NCBI RefSeq assembly: GCF_006345805.1
Contig: NC_043004.1
Span: 91,202,001-91,266,000, forward strand
DNA from: Octopus sinensis
Lineage: Eukaryota
DNA length: 64,000 nt
Reading direction: 5' to 3'
Shown: one piece after another, positions 37,962 to 51,231 of the stretch
How the letters are laid out: every line of letters starts with the position of its first letter
How positions within the stretch are numbered: the stretch's first letter is position 1
Translations under genes and position numbers: made by a program
Notes under the pieces: model-generated
What the model saw: the letters and a program-made list of their open reading frames with translations, nothing else
What the model was told of the DNA's origin: nothing
Database searches by the model: none

Positions 37962-39776
37962 CTGCAAGGAATCAAGTAAATAAAATACATAAATTAGAAA
38001 CATCATCATCATTTAATGCCCACATTGGCAAGGGTTTGACAGGGGACTGCGAAGCAGAAGGCTGCATCAAGCTCCGCTGTCTGTTTTGGCAGGGTTTTGA
38101 AGGTTGGATGCTCTTTTTAACACTGATCACATTACAGAGTGGACTGAGTGCTTTTTACGTGGCACCAAAACCAGTGAGGCCTGTTTTGGCAAGGTTTTTA
38201 CAGCTGGATGCCCTTCCAAACACCAACCACTTTACAGTGTGGACTAGATGCACCAACACTGGTAGGGTCACCAAGTAACTTGCAAGACAAAGATCCTTCG
38301 AGAGGTGGAGCAGAAGAGGAGGTGGCCTTGTGCCAAGTGACGAGAGGCTGGAGTGTGACAGAGGGATAGAAAGATATGTTTAAATTTATGATTCCACATT
38401 TCAGAGTGGTGTTTGTCTCACAAGCACCTTGATATCTGAGGTAGTATATTGAAACCGAAGCCATTCAAATATAATGTACACTCTAAATATAGCAAACAGA
38501 AAGAGGAGGGTAGAATGATTTTACAAAATTAAATAAAGAAAGAAAGGATAGGGAAAAAGAGAGAGAGAAAAAGTTTCACTTATGACAATAATATATACAA
38601 TGCTGTAAACAAACAAAAACAGAAAAATGGTTTGACCAGAGCTGATAAGCTGGAGAGCTGCACCAGGTTCCAGTCTGATTTGGCATGGTTTCCATGGCTG
38701 GATGCCCTTCTAACGCCAACCACTTACAGAGCATGCTAGGTGCTTTTACATGGCACTGCACAGGGGCTTTTACAGCACCTTAAAGTTCAACCATGTCTTC
38801 CACACTTTTCCTTTTCATCATCATCACCATCATTAGCATCCGCTTTCCATGCTGGCATGGGTTGGACGGTGCAACTGGGGTCTGGGAAGCCAGAAGGCTG
38901 CACCAGACCCTGTCTGATCTGGCAATGTTTCTACGGCTGGATGCCCTTCCTAACGCCAACCACTCCATGAGTGTAGTGGGTGCTTTTTACATGCCACCAG
39001 CACAGGGGCCAGACGAGGTTGGCAAACGGCCATGATCGGATGGTGCTTTTTACGTGCCACCGGCACAGAGGCCAGGTAAGGTTGGCAAATGGCCACGATC
39101 GGATGGTGCTTTTTACGTGCCACCGGCATGGAGGCCAGGCGAGGCTGGCAACGGCCACGATCAGATGGTGCTTTTGTGCATCAATTATCTATCCTCTTCC
39201 ATACTGTAGATACTCCTATATGTAACATTATCCTTTACTTCCTCTTTCAACACAGGTGATATGCACATGCAACTTAAACATCTCATGACAGATCTGCATT
39301 GCCTTTATGAATAGAACAGTGTAGCGTACACTCTAGTGAAATTCCTTTCCTCTTTATTATATGTGCATTCGAATGTAGCAGATAACAGCTAGCCTTTGGC
39401 TGCTATTTGGACTCCACTGTGTCCACTACTCTGATTGGTTAGTATTGGCACAATTTGTGTCTTACTCTGTCGCACCAATTTGCAGCATATAACCAACCAG
39501 AGTTCCTAAATAAGATCATGTGAGTCAGCTTGTTCTCAACCTAGTTTGAGTCTATAACTCCTTACAAAAACCCATCTACTCTGTCTCGAGGTCTTTGGTC
39601 CCATACCTTTTAAGGTCTAGCCACTGACCACACAAGACACGGCCAGTTTCATTGACAACGCCAGACGACAACACCCATCCAACATCATTACGGCAATCTC
39701 CGTCTTCGTCACCACCCTCATCTTCTTAACGTCATCAATATCATCTCTCTATGTACACAGCTCAATAAGCAACTTG

Positions 39777-40154
39777 GGTGGATGTTAAGAATGTGGACTG
39801 CACCCCATTTTTTACAGAATCCCCCATTTTTGTGTATAGAGATTCTGATTCTGCATAAAAAATGGCATTTAAAAATTTCAATTTCCCCCCACCCCACCCA
39901 AGTTCTTCAATTTTCACTTTTTTCAGAAATTTTGTTTTAAAATTGTAATCTCTGTATTTTGCAAAAAAAAAAAAAAATTTGGAAAAGGTGCAAATTGAAG
40001 AATTTGGGGTGAGGGGTGAGGTGGGGGTGAAATTAAAATTTCAAAATGCCGTTTCTTTTGCAGAATCAGAATCTCCAAACTCGAAAATGGGGGATTCTGT
40101 AAAAAAACCCCAAAAAAACCAAAGGGAGTGTGGTCCATATTCTTTACGTCCACT
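39777..40154. mobile_element. Foldback MITE (378 bp) with long imperfect TIRs and an 8-bp TSD
   Basis: TSD GCAACTTG at 39769-39776 and 40155-40162. Arms share gtgga.gt.aagaat.tggac, ttacagaatcccccattt and gagattctgattctgca. Confidence 0.8.
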
Positions 40155-42258
40155 GCAACTTGCACAGATTCTAACAACTGCACTCTTCGTGAATTACTTC
40201 ACCATGGATCAACAGCGAATATACAACCTGCGAGAAATCCTGTACCAAGTGACCCGGGCAGCAGTATTACAGCCACAACTTCATGTATGACACGTACAGC
40301 AACTGGCTCCACATCATGGCTGCAACTTCTTGATACAGTATTTCAGTTATTGTGTACAATAGACTATGGAATGGGATTTCTCATTCTTGTGTCTATGAAC
40401 ATTCGTCTAACTTCTCGTTATAGACTCTTTCACTTCTTCCTCATTGCTTTTCTTATATATACTTAACACACACACACATCCATGCCTATACACACATACA
40501 CTTTGTTCTCATGACAGCCTGTCTATTATTCTGTATACATGATGCAGACACAGGCACACATGTTTAACATATCAATAAATTTCCTCTTAAACATTCTACT
40601 CAGTTGTATCTCACTCTTTTTCCCACTGGCACATTATATGTATTATTCAATTTCTTTTTGTTGTATCAACCGTGTAATGTGCTAAAGACTAATTCTCGTC
40701 ACCTCACACTGCACGGTCCCTTACAAAAGACTTGGAAATATCTTCCACCAGAAATAGCCCAACCTTGTCTCACCCACTCCAAAGAACACTGACAACACAT
40801 CTCAAGGAAATAGACTCCCCCAACACAACAACAACAACACATCAGACCTCTCTCACAACAGTGAAACCATGTATTGAACACTATCAAAACTGACCCTTAA
40901 GTGGCTGTGTGGTAAGTAGTTTCCTAACCAACCACATGGTTCCGGGTTCAGTCCCACTGCGTGGCATCTTGGGCAAGTGTCTTCTGCTATAGCCCAGGGC
41001 CGACCAAAACCTTGTGAGTGGATTTGGTAGACGGAAACTGAAAGAAGCTTGTCGCATATATATATGTATGTGTGTGTTTGTGTGTCTGTGTTTGTTCCCC
41101 TAGCATTGCTTGACAACCGATGCTGGTGTGTTTACGTCCCCGTCACTTAGCGGTTCGGCAAAAGAGACTGATAGAATAAGTACTGGGCTTACAAAGAATA
41201 AGTCCCGGGGTCGATTTGCTCTACTAAAGGCGGTGCTCCAGCATGGCCACAGTCAAATGACTGAAACAAATTTAAAAAAATAAATAAATAAGATTAAGTT
41301 TCATCTTTGTTTCTGTTTAATGTTCACCTTCCATAGGTTGGATAGGGCTAGAAAATACTTCAGCTCTCATCAATTGATGACCAGCTAACAAATATCAAGA
41401 AAGACCCACATTAGAGTACTTTTGACTACCACAATGCTTTTGATACACGCATAAACAGCCTAGGTCCATGTTATAGTGTTGTCCACATAACTGGAGTAGA
41501 GCAGCTGTTACACACACAAACAACCTACACCCACATTACAGTACTGCTGTTACACACACACACACACACACAACAAACCTAGACATATATTACAGTACTA
41601 CTCAAATATCTGAGGCAGTGCAGCTTCTCTGCAAATATCTGACATCACATCTAAATGAAGGCTGTTCAGCTGACTGGCAAAAGCTTACTGCCCAATAAAC
41701 TACTTTTCTGAACTATTTAGAAAATGTAACCTATTTCTTTACTGCCCACAAGGGGCTAAACACAGAGAGGACAAACAAGCACAGTCAAACAGTTCAAGTC
41801 GATTATATCGACCCCAGTGCGTAACTGGTACTTATTTAATCGACCCCGAAAGGATGAAAGGCAAAGTCGACCTTGGCAGAATTTGAACTCAGAACGTAGC
41901 GGCAGAGGAAATACGGCTATGCATTTCGCCCGGCGTGCTAACGTTTCTGCCAGCTCGTCGCCTAATTAACCTAATTAACCAATGGCACCCTACACATGCA
42001 CTTTTCCTCCACTCTTAGAGGTACAAATAAACGTACAAAAACAGACACTGCAGAAACGTATATGTACAGAAACACACTGATACATACAGTAACATACACA
42101 GACAGGCAAACACATATGCACACATCAGACACAGACAAGTACAGACACATATGCACTGTTACATACAGTAACACATGCACACATGCACAAACACACACAA
42201 ATGCATGTGCGCCCACATACACACACAACTGCAGGAAGTTCAATAAAAGAAGACTCAC

Positions 42259-42422
42259 TTGTTTTCTACATTCAGATTTGTCTTTCAAACCCTTCATATC
42301 TCGATATGTCATAAGTTCATCAGCCATTTTAGCAATTTTCTCTTTCAAAATAGAAATCTCTCGATGAGTTTTACTCTCAAGTAGTTCTACTTTCTGAAGA
42401 TCTTCTTGAAGTTTCTGATTTT
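42259..42422 (-). CDS. IFT74: IFT74 coding exon (ENQKLQEDLQKVELLESKTHREISILKEKIAKMADELMTYRDMKGLKDKSECRKQ)
   Basis: Acceptor tatttccag, donor gtgagt, 164 nt, phase 1 to 0. Resembles human [31 protein letters not shown]...YNDLPALK. Confidence 0.95.
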
Positions 42423-43445
42423 CTGGAAATATTCCAAGATTAAAATTAGACTTTCAAGGGAAAAAGTTTACCTGTTATGGCTTTTTAAATATAATAATAT
42501 AATAATAATAATGAAATTATAGTATACAGTGCTCAGGTGCACCACAACTTGTCAGAAAGTGCGTATAAAGTATATGCAGTAATGTACAAATGTCTGGAAA
42601 GTGAACAATGTATGAGTCAGATACATGCTTGTGTGTGTATGGAGGGGAGGAAATCAGGTGTAGTGTTGGCGAATCTCAGAAAGATATGGAAGTTTTGAAG
42701 GATGCAGTGCTCCGACAACTAACAACTGATGCCGGCAGTTTTGTTCCATGCTTCAGCAACTCTCAGCTTATTTAAAACACTTTTGATAACAACCTGCTTG
42801 CGACTGCTCCTAGTCTATGATACAAACTTCCTATTTTAAAGTTATTTAAATTAAAACTCTCCATCAAAATTTCATGTTACTTTGTTCTACACATCACCTT
42901 TATAATAAGAAAGTTATTTTATTAAATTCATCATTATTTTCAAAATTAATTGAAACAAGGACAGAGTATCTCAACAGAAATATGGTGAGGAAAGAGTCAA
43001 CAAGTTATGCACAAAGAAACTACTCTTCTCAACCATGATAAACACTAAAGAGATTTTGACTCCTCACTAAAGGACTTTAAGACGATCAACTAATTATATA
43101 TAATACAAGCAAATAAGTTTTGGTTTTGAGCTTTGAATCAAGATCTTGCAACAGCATTAACCAAGTTATATTCCCACAGGGAATATTCAAGAACACACAG
43201 CAGTGTAAACCATGCTGTATTCCCTGTGGAATATATGGTAAAGTTGACTGAATCATTCTCTAGAATATTATTGGTACTGACCACAACTGATCCCTGGAGT
43301 GATTTGATCCCAGATAGGGAACAAATGAACAAACATATATAGATATATGCATATGTACATACAATACACACTTACCTATATATATTACATACATATATAC
43401 ATGAGATTCATACACACATAAATATACATACATGCATACACACAT

Positions 43446-43476
<31 letters not shown>

Positions 43477-43494
43477 CACACATTCATACTCTAA

Positions 43495-43797
43495 CCTGAT
43501 TCTAAATTCACTTGGCATACCAATCACGAGTGGTTCTTTCAGCTATGGCACCCTCTCCATACACAGCACAAATGTCGCGAGCAGCTTTTGCGACCTTAGA
43601 ACCTTGATTAAAAGCAAAAAGGAGGTGTCAAAAATGCTCGTTTTTCTTAACTTGACATTCCATTTTAATGATATGAAAATAAACAAAAATTAACTAAAAT
43701 TAACTAGAAAAATAAAAAACAAAATAGATTCCAAAATTAAAAAACGCAATAAATTTCAAAATTTAACAAAACGGTGGGAACTTAGTTGCCAACCCAA
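43495..43797 (-). mobile_element. Mariner 5' end fragment
   Basis: TIR tattgggttggcaactaagttccc. ATG 43663 gives MECQVKKNEHF*HLLFAFNQGSKVAKAARDICAVYGEGAIAERT. Confidence 0.75.
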
Positions 43798-44041
43798 TAT
43801 ATATATATATATATATGTATACACACACACACACACAAGCACATCTGTAAAGTCTTTAAAAAAGGAGGATATATCAAAAAGCTTGGTAGATATACAAAAT
43901 AGCAATGATAATAGAAGGAATGCCTTTGCTAATAGATCTACTTGGACAGGACTGGCCTAGGGCTAAACAACAACATCATAGTTTTTATCATTTTCACATT
44001 TATTTAGTGCATGTTTCCAAGTGGACACAGGTTTCCCTTAC

Positions 44042-44165
44042 CAGTTGATATGTTGGTCACGGTGCTCTCAGAGTTTTTCAACTCCCCCTCCTTGTAGTTC
44101 AGGTTTTCTTTCATGCCTTCTAATTGATCCCCGGAAGGTAAATTGAAGGAAGATCGGTTGATATT
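44042..44165 (-). CDS. IFT74: IFT74 coding exon (NINRSSFNLPSGDQLEGMKENLNYKEGELKNSESTVTNIST)
   Basis: Acceptor gttccag, donor gtaagg, 124 nt, phase 0 to 1. Resembles human NINR...[23 protein letters not shown]. Confidence 0.93.
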
Positions 44166-44321
44166 CTGGAACCCAGATGAAAAATAAAAGAACAATTAAA
44201 ATCAAGACCAAAATTATATGTCAGCATGCCTAGTAATAGCCATCAACATCACCATCATCAGCAGCATTGTTTTAATGATCCTTTTTCCAGCATTCATGGG
44301 TCAGACAGAATTTGTGGAGGC

Positions 44322-44549
44322 GGTGAGCTGGCAGAAACGTTAGTACGCGGGGCGAAATGCTTACCGGTATTTTGTCTGCCGTTACGTTCTGAGTTCAAAT
44401 TCCGCCGAGGTCGACTTTGCCTTTCATCTTTTCGGGGTCGATAAATTAAGTACCATTTATGCACTGGGGTCGATATAATCGACTTAATCCCTTTGTCTGT
44501 CCTTGTTTGTCTCCTCTATGTTTAGCCTCTTGTGGGCAATAAAGAAATA
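44322..44549 (+). mobile_element. SINE family B, full copy with 15-bp TSD (others: 463-693 -, 1888-2064 -, 4430-4590 -, 22030-22215 -, 23897-24120 +, 26350-26500 -, 30735-30962 -, 41732-41962 -, 61523-61752 -)
   Basis: ggtgagctggcagaaacgttag...gagttcaaattccgccgaggtcgac...gggcaataaagaaata. TSD agaatttgtggaggc at 44307-44321 and 44550-44564. Confidence 0.92.
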
Positions 44550-45190
44550 AGAATTTGTGGAGGCAGATTTTTTTTTTTTGATCAGATGCCCTTCTTGTAA
44601 CTAATTCTCATCTCACCTGTTTCCAAGTAAAGAAATATTTCCCCATGACCATACATGATTTCATGAATGACTGGACATGAATGATACCACTTGTATGGCA
44701 ATAACACCTGCTTACAACTATTATGTAATGTCTAGACAAGGTGACTCTAACATAAACACACACATACATACATACATACAACTATGAGATCAGAAGGAAT
44801 GGTATAAAGGACCTAATGAATTTTAATACTAACTCTTATTTTACTGATCCCAGAAGTATAAAAAGTAAGTTGACTTTTGCGGGATTTGAACAAGTAACAT
44901 AAAAGGAACTAACTTCATAAACCAAAGAATTTTGTTTGGAGCCCTATAGAACTTTATCAGTGTTTAAATGATATTATGATTTCTAAAGTAAATATAATAA
45001 TAATTTTTGAATATATACTGCCAATATAGTAAGGATCTGTAACCATAGTACTAGAACTAATAATGGTGCTTCAAGTAGTAGTAGTAGTAGTAACAAGTTC
45101 TATGTTTTGATGTAAAAAGAGGTAAGCTTTTAATGTAAATACAATAAAATTTATGGCAAATTACAAACAAGAATATTTCTATAAACTTAC

Positions 45191-45247
45191 CTGACTGATC
45201 TTTTCCAATAAATTAACAATGTTCACCTGGGCCCTGTTAATTGCTAA
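45191..45247 (-). CDS. IFT74: IFT74 coding exon (LAINRAQVNIVNLLEKISQ)
   Basis: Acceptor tgttctag, donor gtaagt, 57 nt, phase 0 to 0. Resembles human KAQIEANIVALLEHCSR. Confidence 0.88.
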
Positions 45248-45254
45248 CTAGAAC

Positions 45255-45291
<37 letters not shown>

Positions 45292-45369
45292 TAATAACAA
45301 TAACAATAATAATAATAACAATAACAATAATAATAATGATGATGATGATGATGATGATAATAATAATAA

Positions 45370-47790
45370 TAATGACGATGATGATGATTTCTTTTATTTG
45401 CCACCAAGGCAAAGGTTGAAGGGGGACAATACAGAGACAAACATAAAGTGTGGGGGGTTTACATATAATGGACAAGAAAAAGTATACATTAAAAGGGAAG
45501 TGTACATAATGTATGGCACTAGGAGAAGAAGAAGAAAAAAAGTGATAGTGACGGGGTCCTCATGTTATTTGGGAGGACCTCTAGGGATAATCGAGGAACC
45601 CCACCATCCAAGATCATCCTGAACACCAAGGACAAGTGCCCTCTCCAAATCCCTTTCTTCCAACTCACAGGTCTACACTGAGAGTGGTACCATCCATTCT
45701 TGCCATTTTTGCAACTTTCACCCACCTTTTGATAAATTCGCTCGAGGACAGCATCTCCCTCTCCACCCTCACTTCCCTTTTCAAGTGAAACTTGAAAAAA
45801 AGTCAATCAGAGCTTTATCAAACAGGGATGTGTTCTGTCCTCATTCCTTTCAGCCTCGTCCACCAGACAACCTCTTTCGCCACAGCCACCAGACAAAGGA
45901 AAAACTGCCTCGCCTGCCCAATTAAAGGAGAGCAGCAGGGCAATCATCATTATGAACTTGGCTGAGAGACAGATCCATCTCACAAACGACAGCAGCTGTT
46001 CAACATAACCCCATACATCCATCAGCAATGGAAGCACTCCGTCGGTTACGACGACGAGGATTCCGGTTGATCCGAATCAACGGAACAGCCTGCTCGTGAA
46101 ATTAACGTGTAAGTGGCTGAGCACTCCACAGACACGTGTACCCTTAACGTAGTTCTCGGGGATATTCAGCGTGACACAGAGAGTGACAAGGCCGGCCCTT
46201 TGAAATACAGGTACAACAGAAACAGGAAGTAAGAGTGAGAGAAAGTTGTGATGAAAGAGTACAGCAGGGATCACCACCATCCCCTGCCGGAGCCTCGTGG
46301 AGCTTTAGGCGTTTTCGCTCAATAAACACTCACAACGCCCGGTCTGGGAATCTAAACTGCGATCCTATGACCGCGAGTCCGCTGCCCTAACCACTGGGCC
46401 ATTGTGCCTCCACCCATCAGCAATGCCTGGATACTGAACGAATGCATGCAGAATGGTTTCGTCACTCTGCGAGCACCTTGGATAAGCCCGTCTGACAGCA
46501 CATCCATGCCTGTAGAATTTATCTTGAACTGGTAGCGCCCCCTCCCCCACCCCGGTAGCACTGCCAGGCCAAAGACATCTAGAAATTACCCATAATAGTC
46601 CCTGACCAGAAAGCCCTCTGGAATAGACTTGACAGTTTGTCTTTGTTGACGCCTAGGGTATTCTTGGGGGATATCATCACACTTCCCCGCTACTAATCCT
46701 CTGTATATAGCCAAAGTGGAACATCCCAATTTGTAGAGGACAATGAGCATCTCGGCTTATCCTTTACCCAGGATTGCAGCTGCGGAAAGGCATAGCTCAC
46801 AAGCGGAACCCACACACATTCACCTTCTAGAAATTGTTGCAGATGGTGCAACCTGAGTGCGTGTGTGTGCATCAAAAGCCATGGCATGCCTAAGCCACCA
46901 CACGGAAGGAGTTGGCAACAGACTGACCGCCTAACCATTAGAACATGTCCCTTCCACAAGAAAATAAACAGGATACACTCCTATCTAATCAAGCAGTAAC
47001 TGGGGCAAGGCACGATGGTCAGATGATAAATAATGACAGAGGTGATGTAAGCATTCGCCACCTCTGCTTGACCTTTCAGGTATAACTTCCTCTCTGACAG
47101 AAGACAGGCCACTCTGTTCTTCACATCTTCCCAATTCTTATTCACCTGGAGATCGGGACTGAACCAGACCCCAAGCAGTTTAACTGGTCTGTCAGTCCAG
47201 TGTCCGCCACTGTTGTCCGTTAGCATCAATCTACCTCTCCAGGTGCCCAGTCACAATCCCACCAATGTGTTGGCATTGATTTCAACCCCTGCAACTGACT
47301 CATATTCTCTTACAATGGAGTCGACTGTCTCCACTTTGGAGGTGTCCAACACCATGATGGTGACGTCATCTGCATATGCAGACACTGCCCTTCTGAGTCC
47401 AATTTCAAAAAGAGGCCTCTTAACTGTTCCAACTTTCACAGCAGTGGCTCAAGATCCAACATACACAGAAGAGATGACAGCAGGCAGCCCTGGCAGACTG
47501 AATATACAATACTAAACGGTTTTGTTTATTTTGACCACCGAACAAGTGCCGATCCGGTTCCATTTATTTTGACCATCAAACAAGTGCTGCTGTGCATTGC
47601 TGCAATCCAGCCTCTGAAAATGGGTCCAAAACTGGCTGCTTCCAAGTAGTGATGGTCAACCCTATCAAAAGCTTTCGACTAATCTAAACTGATCAGGGCC
47701 CTACCGAAGCCAGATTCCGTCCCTCCACCCTCCACCCATATATCGCATAAGATGGAGGTTGCTGTGGATAGACTTGCTCAGGATTGCACA
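45370..47790 (-). mobile_element. Degenerate Tx1/L1-group LINE 3' half with nested SINE and (ATC/ATT)n tail
   Basis: AVSAYADDVTIMV, IVREYESVAGVEINANT, VKLLGVWF, ERKLYLKGQAEVANAYITSVIIYHL. aataaaag precedes the microsatellite tail. Confidence 0.75.
46065..46412 (-). mobile_element. tRNA-derived SINE family C (related copies 56590-56880 and 57470-57775)
   Basis: Minus-strand head gtggaggcacaatggcccagtggttagggcagcggactcgcggtc...gattcccagaccgggcg. Confidence 0.8.
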
Positions 47791-47989
47791 CATTAGCTTA
47801 TGCTTAATACCTTTAAATTTGCAAAATGAAAAAAAAAAAAATAACAAATTTATGATACTACATGAGGTGAGCAAGGACTGTGCTCATGCACCATTTTCTC
47901 TTCATAGCTGACCTGAAAAAGTATTATTAAAGTTTTCTTCCTGTTTCTTAATAATTGAGTTTGGAAGAAGTTTGCAGGCTTTCTGAGAT

Positions 47990-49075
47990 CAGAAAGCTCA
48001 ATGCCATTGATGCTCTATATTGACTGTTGCAGGTCAACAACGGTAGGAAAGACGTGAGCAGAGAGAAGATTCCAGAGGACTGATGTTTTGAGGACAAAGG
48101 ATTAGATATAATGGTTAGTGTGGGGCTGAGGGAGTTGGAGGCAGCAAGAGTGATGAAAGCAAGAAAGAGCAGGGTCTTGGGAGTGCATGAGTGGTGAAGG
48201 TGCAGTGGCCATTATAGTAGCAATAGAAAAGATAGAAAGCCTCTGGTTCACAGGTGTGGACCAGAGGCTAGAGTATACCTGTTAGGGACCGAATACCAAT
48301 TAATCAGGTGGCCCTTCCTTGGATGTGGCCCAGAATATTTGTGTGCATAGTAGTAGCAATGTCCCAGATGTGGGAGCAGTATTTCATAATAAACATTACT
48401 TGAGCCTTGTAAAGTGTCAGTAGCTGTTAGGAGTTGAAATATTTGTTGGCTCTGGAGAGAAGAGCCAATCTTTGGGATGTGATCCTAGTTATGTTAAGGA
48501 TGTGCTTTTGCTAGGAAAGATCCTTGGTGATAAGGCTCAGCATTTGGTGTGATTACAAGGTCTCTAATTGAGTTCCATTCATGTTTAGAGAAGGTAAGAT
48601 GTGATCGTGTTTCTTGACAGGAATAGTGCTTCAGTTTTTTTGTTGTTAAATGAAAGAAAGTTGGCATGAATCCACTGAAAGATTTTCTCAAGGTCTCTGA
48701 GGATAAAATCAAAGCAGGTTTGTTGTGTGGTGTCTAGGTTGTGTGTGGATGATGCATAGTTGGGTAAAGTTAAGGAAGAATGAAGGGTCATATAGCCTGC
48801 ATAAAAGTGGTGCAGGATATGGTGATAAGTAGAGGAATGATTTCTAGAAAGAAGAGAGGGGAGGGGAACAAATTCAAAGCGTGGGGGACCCTATCAACAT
48901 ATGCTGTGATGATGCAGTCAGATAGGCAGCCACTGAACCAAGAGATGAACAATAGGTGGGACCTGTAGGTAGGCAGTTTTGAAAGATGATTTGCATGCCA
49001 GACGCAATCATGAAACTTTGTTAGGTTAATCTTGTAGGTGTTGGTTAAAAACAACAGTTTGCTATTTGCTATTTC
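47990..49075 (-). mobile_element. Degenerate non-LTR RT fragment (I/Jockey/CR1-type)
   Basis: NLTKFHDCVWHANHLSKLPTY (DLSKAFDRVWH-like), HANFLSFNNKKTE, LYKAQVMFIMKYCSHIW. Heavily frameshifted. Confidence 0.7.
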
Positions 49076-49167
49076 CTATTATGAAGAAGGCATTGCAGTG
49101 AGAGGCTCCAACAAGTCAACTGAGTTTTCAACATTAAAAAAAGAAAAAAAGAAAAAAAAACTCATAC

Positions 49168-49208
49168 CTCTTCATGTTGTTTATTCTGTTCAAAATTTTG
49201 TATAAATT
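49168..49208 (-). CDS. IFT74: IFT74 coding exon (EFIQNFEQNKQHEE)
   Basis: Acceptor ttatttttacag, donor gtatgag, 41 nt, phase 1 to 0. Resembles human TFIETFEETKNQEL. Confidence 0.88.
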
Positions 49209-51040
49209 CTGTAAAAATAAACAAATGAAGATTTGTGATAAAGGAATTGAGAATTATTTAAACATCTCTGTATTGTCACTCACTCACTCACTCTTTTGGT
49301 GTCCCTCAGCTATAGGGGGCACTTTAGGTCCTTAGATGTAGAAGTTATGAGATGATCATCACTAGTGCTGGTGCCATGAAAAAAGCACTCAGTAAACCCT
49401 GTAAAGTAATCGGTTTTTAGGGAGAAAACATACCAAAGCAGACATCAGTATATGATGTAGTCCTTTGACTTGGTTTTGTTGGGCAAGACTTTTAACGTTT
49501 CGGTCATACATTTACTCTTTTGGAACCATATTTATAATGTAACACTGAAACATTTATAATGTAACACATTGAAAACAGGCAGTTTTCAATTAATTTTGAA
49601 AATAATCAAGAATTCAGAAAAATTTTGAGTGAAACTGGCGGGATGTCTTTGCTATCAAATTTCTGATACAGGTACTAGGCCTCAATTTTTTTGGGTGATC
49701 TGTATAATTAATTAAATTAACCCTACTACTTGTCAGGCACTTTAAAATAAAGTACGCAGAAGGATGAAAAGTACAGGTGATCTCAGCAGGTTTTGAACAC
49801 TTTTCCTATATAAAAAATTATGTGGAATGTATAAATTATAATAGGGTCATTCAAAAATAAAATTCTTTTTTTTTTTGTATCATAAAACCAAAAGTGGTTT
49901 CAGGTGGGTTGGAATGAGAAAGGCTAAAAAAATAGCATATTTTCAATTCTTAGTCGATCACATAAATATTCAATTCTCACACTTACTTTGTTGGTTCTAC
50001 ATTGTGTCTTTTTTTGTGAATAACATAAGGAAATCTTTCTGATTATTCATTGTGGAGTCAGCTTGACATTATTAAACAAGCAAAACATGAGCTAATATAA
50101 GAATGGCTACTTTATCAAGTGACTTACAAGAAATAAAAAAAAACATCACTCAAATCACATCTTACTGTTGTAAAGCAGTAAAAACACATGAGATAATGTA
50201 GTCTTAGAATTACTCTATCTGAATAAGAGATGAGGTGGTCACAGTTAAAGAGTTTTTGTTCATAGGTTTGCTGTTCAGGACTGACCTGAGCTAAACAACA
50301 ACAAAAACAATAACAAGAAACAACAAAACTTATGCAAAACCACACAGTATAGGCGCAGGAGCGGCTGTGTGGTAAGTAGCTTGCTTACAAACCACATGGT
50401 TCCGGGTTCAGTCCCACTGCGTGGCACCTTGGGCAAGTGTCTTCTACTATAGCATCGGGCCGACCAAAGCCTTGTGAGTGGATTTGGTAGACGGAAACTG
50501 AAAGAAGCCCGTCGTATATATGTATGTATATAAATGTATGTGCGTGTATGTTTGTGTGTCAGTGTTTGTCCCCCAAGCATTGCTTGACAACCGATGCTGG
50601 TGTGTTTATGTCCCTGTCACTTAGCGGTTCGGCAAAAGAGACCGATAGAATAAGTACTGGTCTTACAAAGAATAAGTCCCGGGGTCGATTTGCTCGGCTA
50701 AAGGCGGTGCTCCAGCATGGCCGCAGTCAACTGACTGAAACAAGTAAAAGAGTAAAAGAGAGAGAGAGTATATAGTCATAATAAGGCTCCTATTGAGTTT
50801 TGAATCCTTACATTCAAGTTTCCCAGCTTAGCAGACACAGAGGCTTCAACAAACTTATGTCATCTGTTGATTTAATGCATGTTTTTCCTTGTTATCTTGG
50901 GCTGGTTGGGGACATATTTGACACAGATTCTATGGTCACATGTTCTTCCAAATGACAGTTCTTATCTCTTTCTTAAATAAGGGATTTTTTTTTTCATATA
51001 TTATGTATTAGCAACAGAAGCAGTATTAATACTGAGAGAT

Positions 51041-51231
51041 AATACTTATTCCCGCTTAAATGTGGATGTTCTCAGTGCTGGAGTTGGTGGAGGCTTATCT
51101 CCCCACGACTGATATAAACAAACAAGTGTGGATTCTGCAAGAAAAGCCTATATGAGAGTTTCTCTCATGGTGTCGACAGCAATAAAGCTTGTTCCAACAG
51201 AAAGTCTACATTTAAGTGGGAATAAATATTT
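51041..51231. mobile_element. Small TIR element (MITE)
   Basis: aatacttattcccgcttaaatgtgga versus tctacatttaagtgggaataaatatt (about 26-bp imperfect inverted repeat). Confidence 0.6.
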
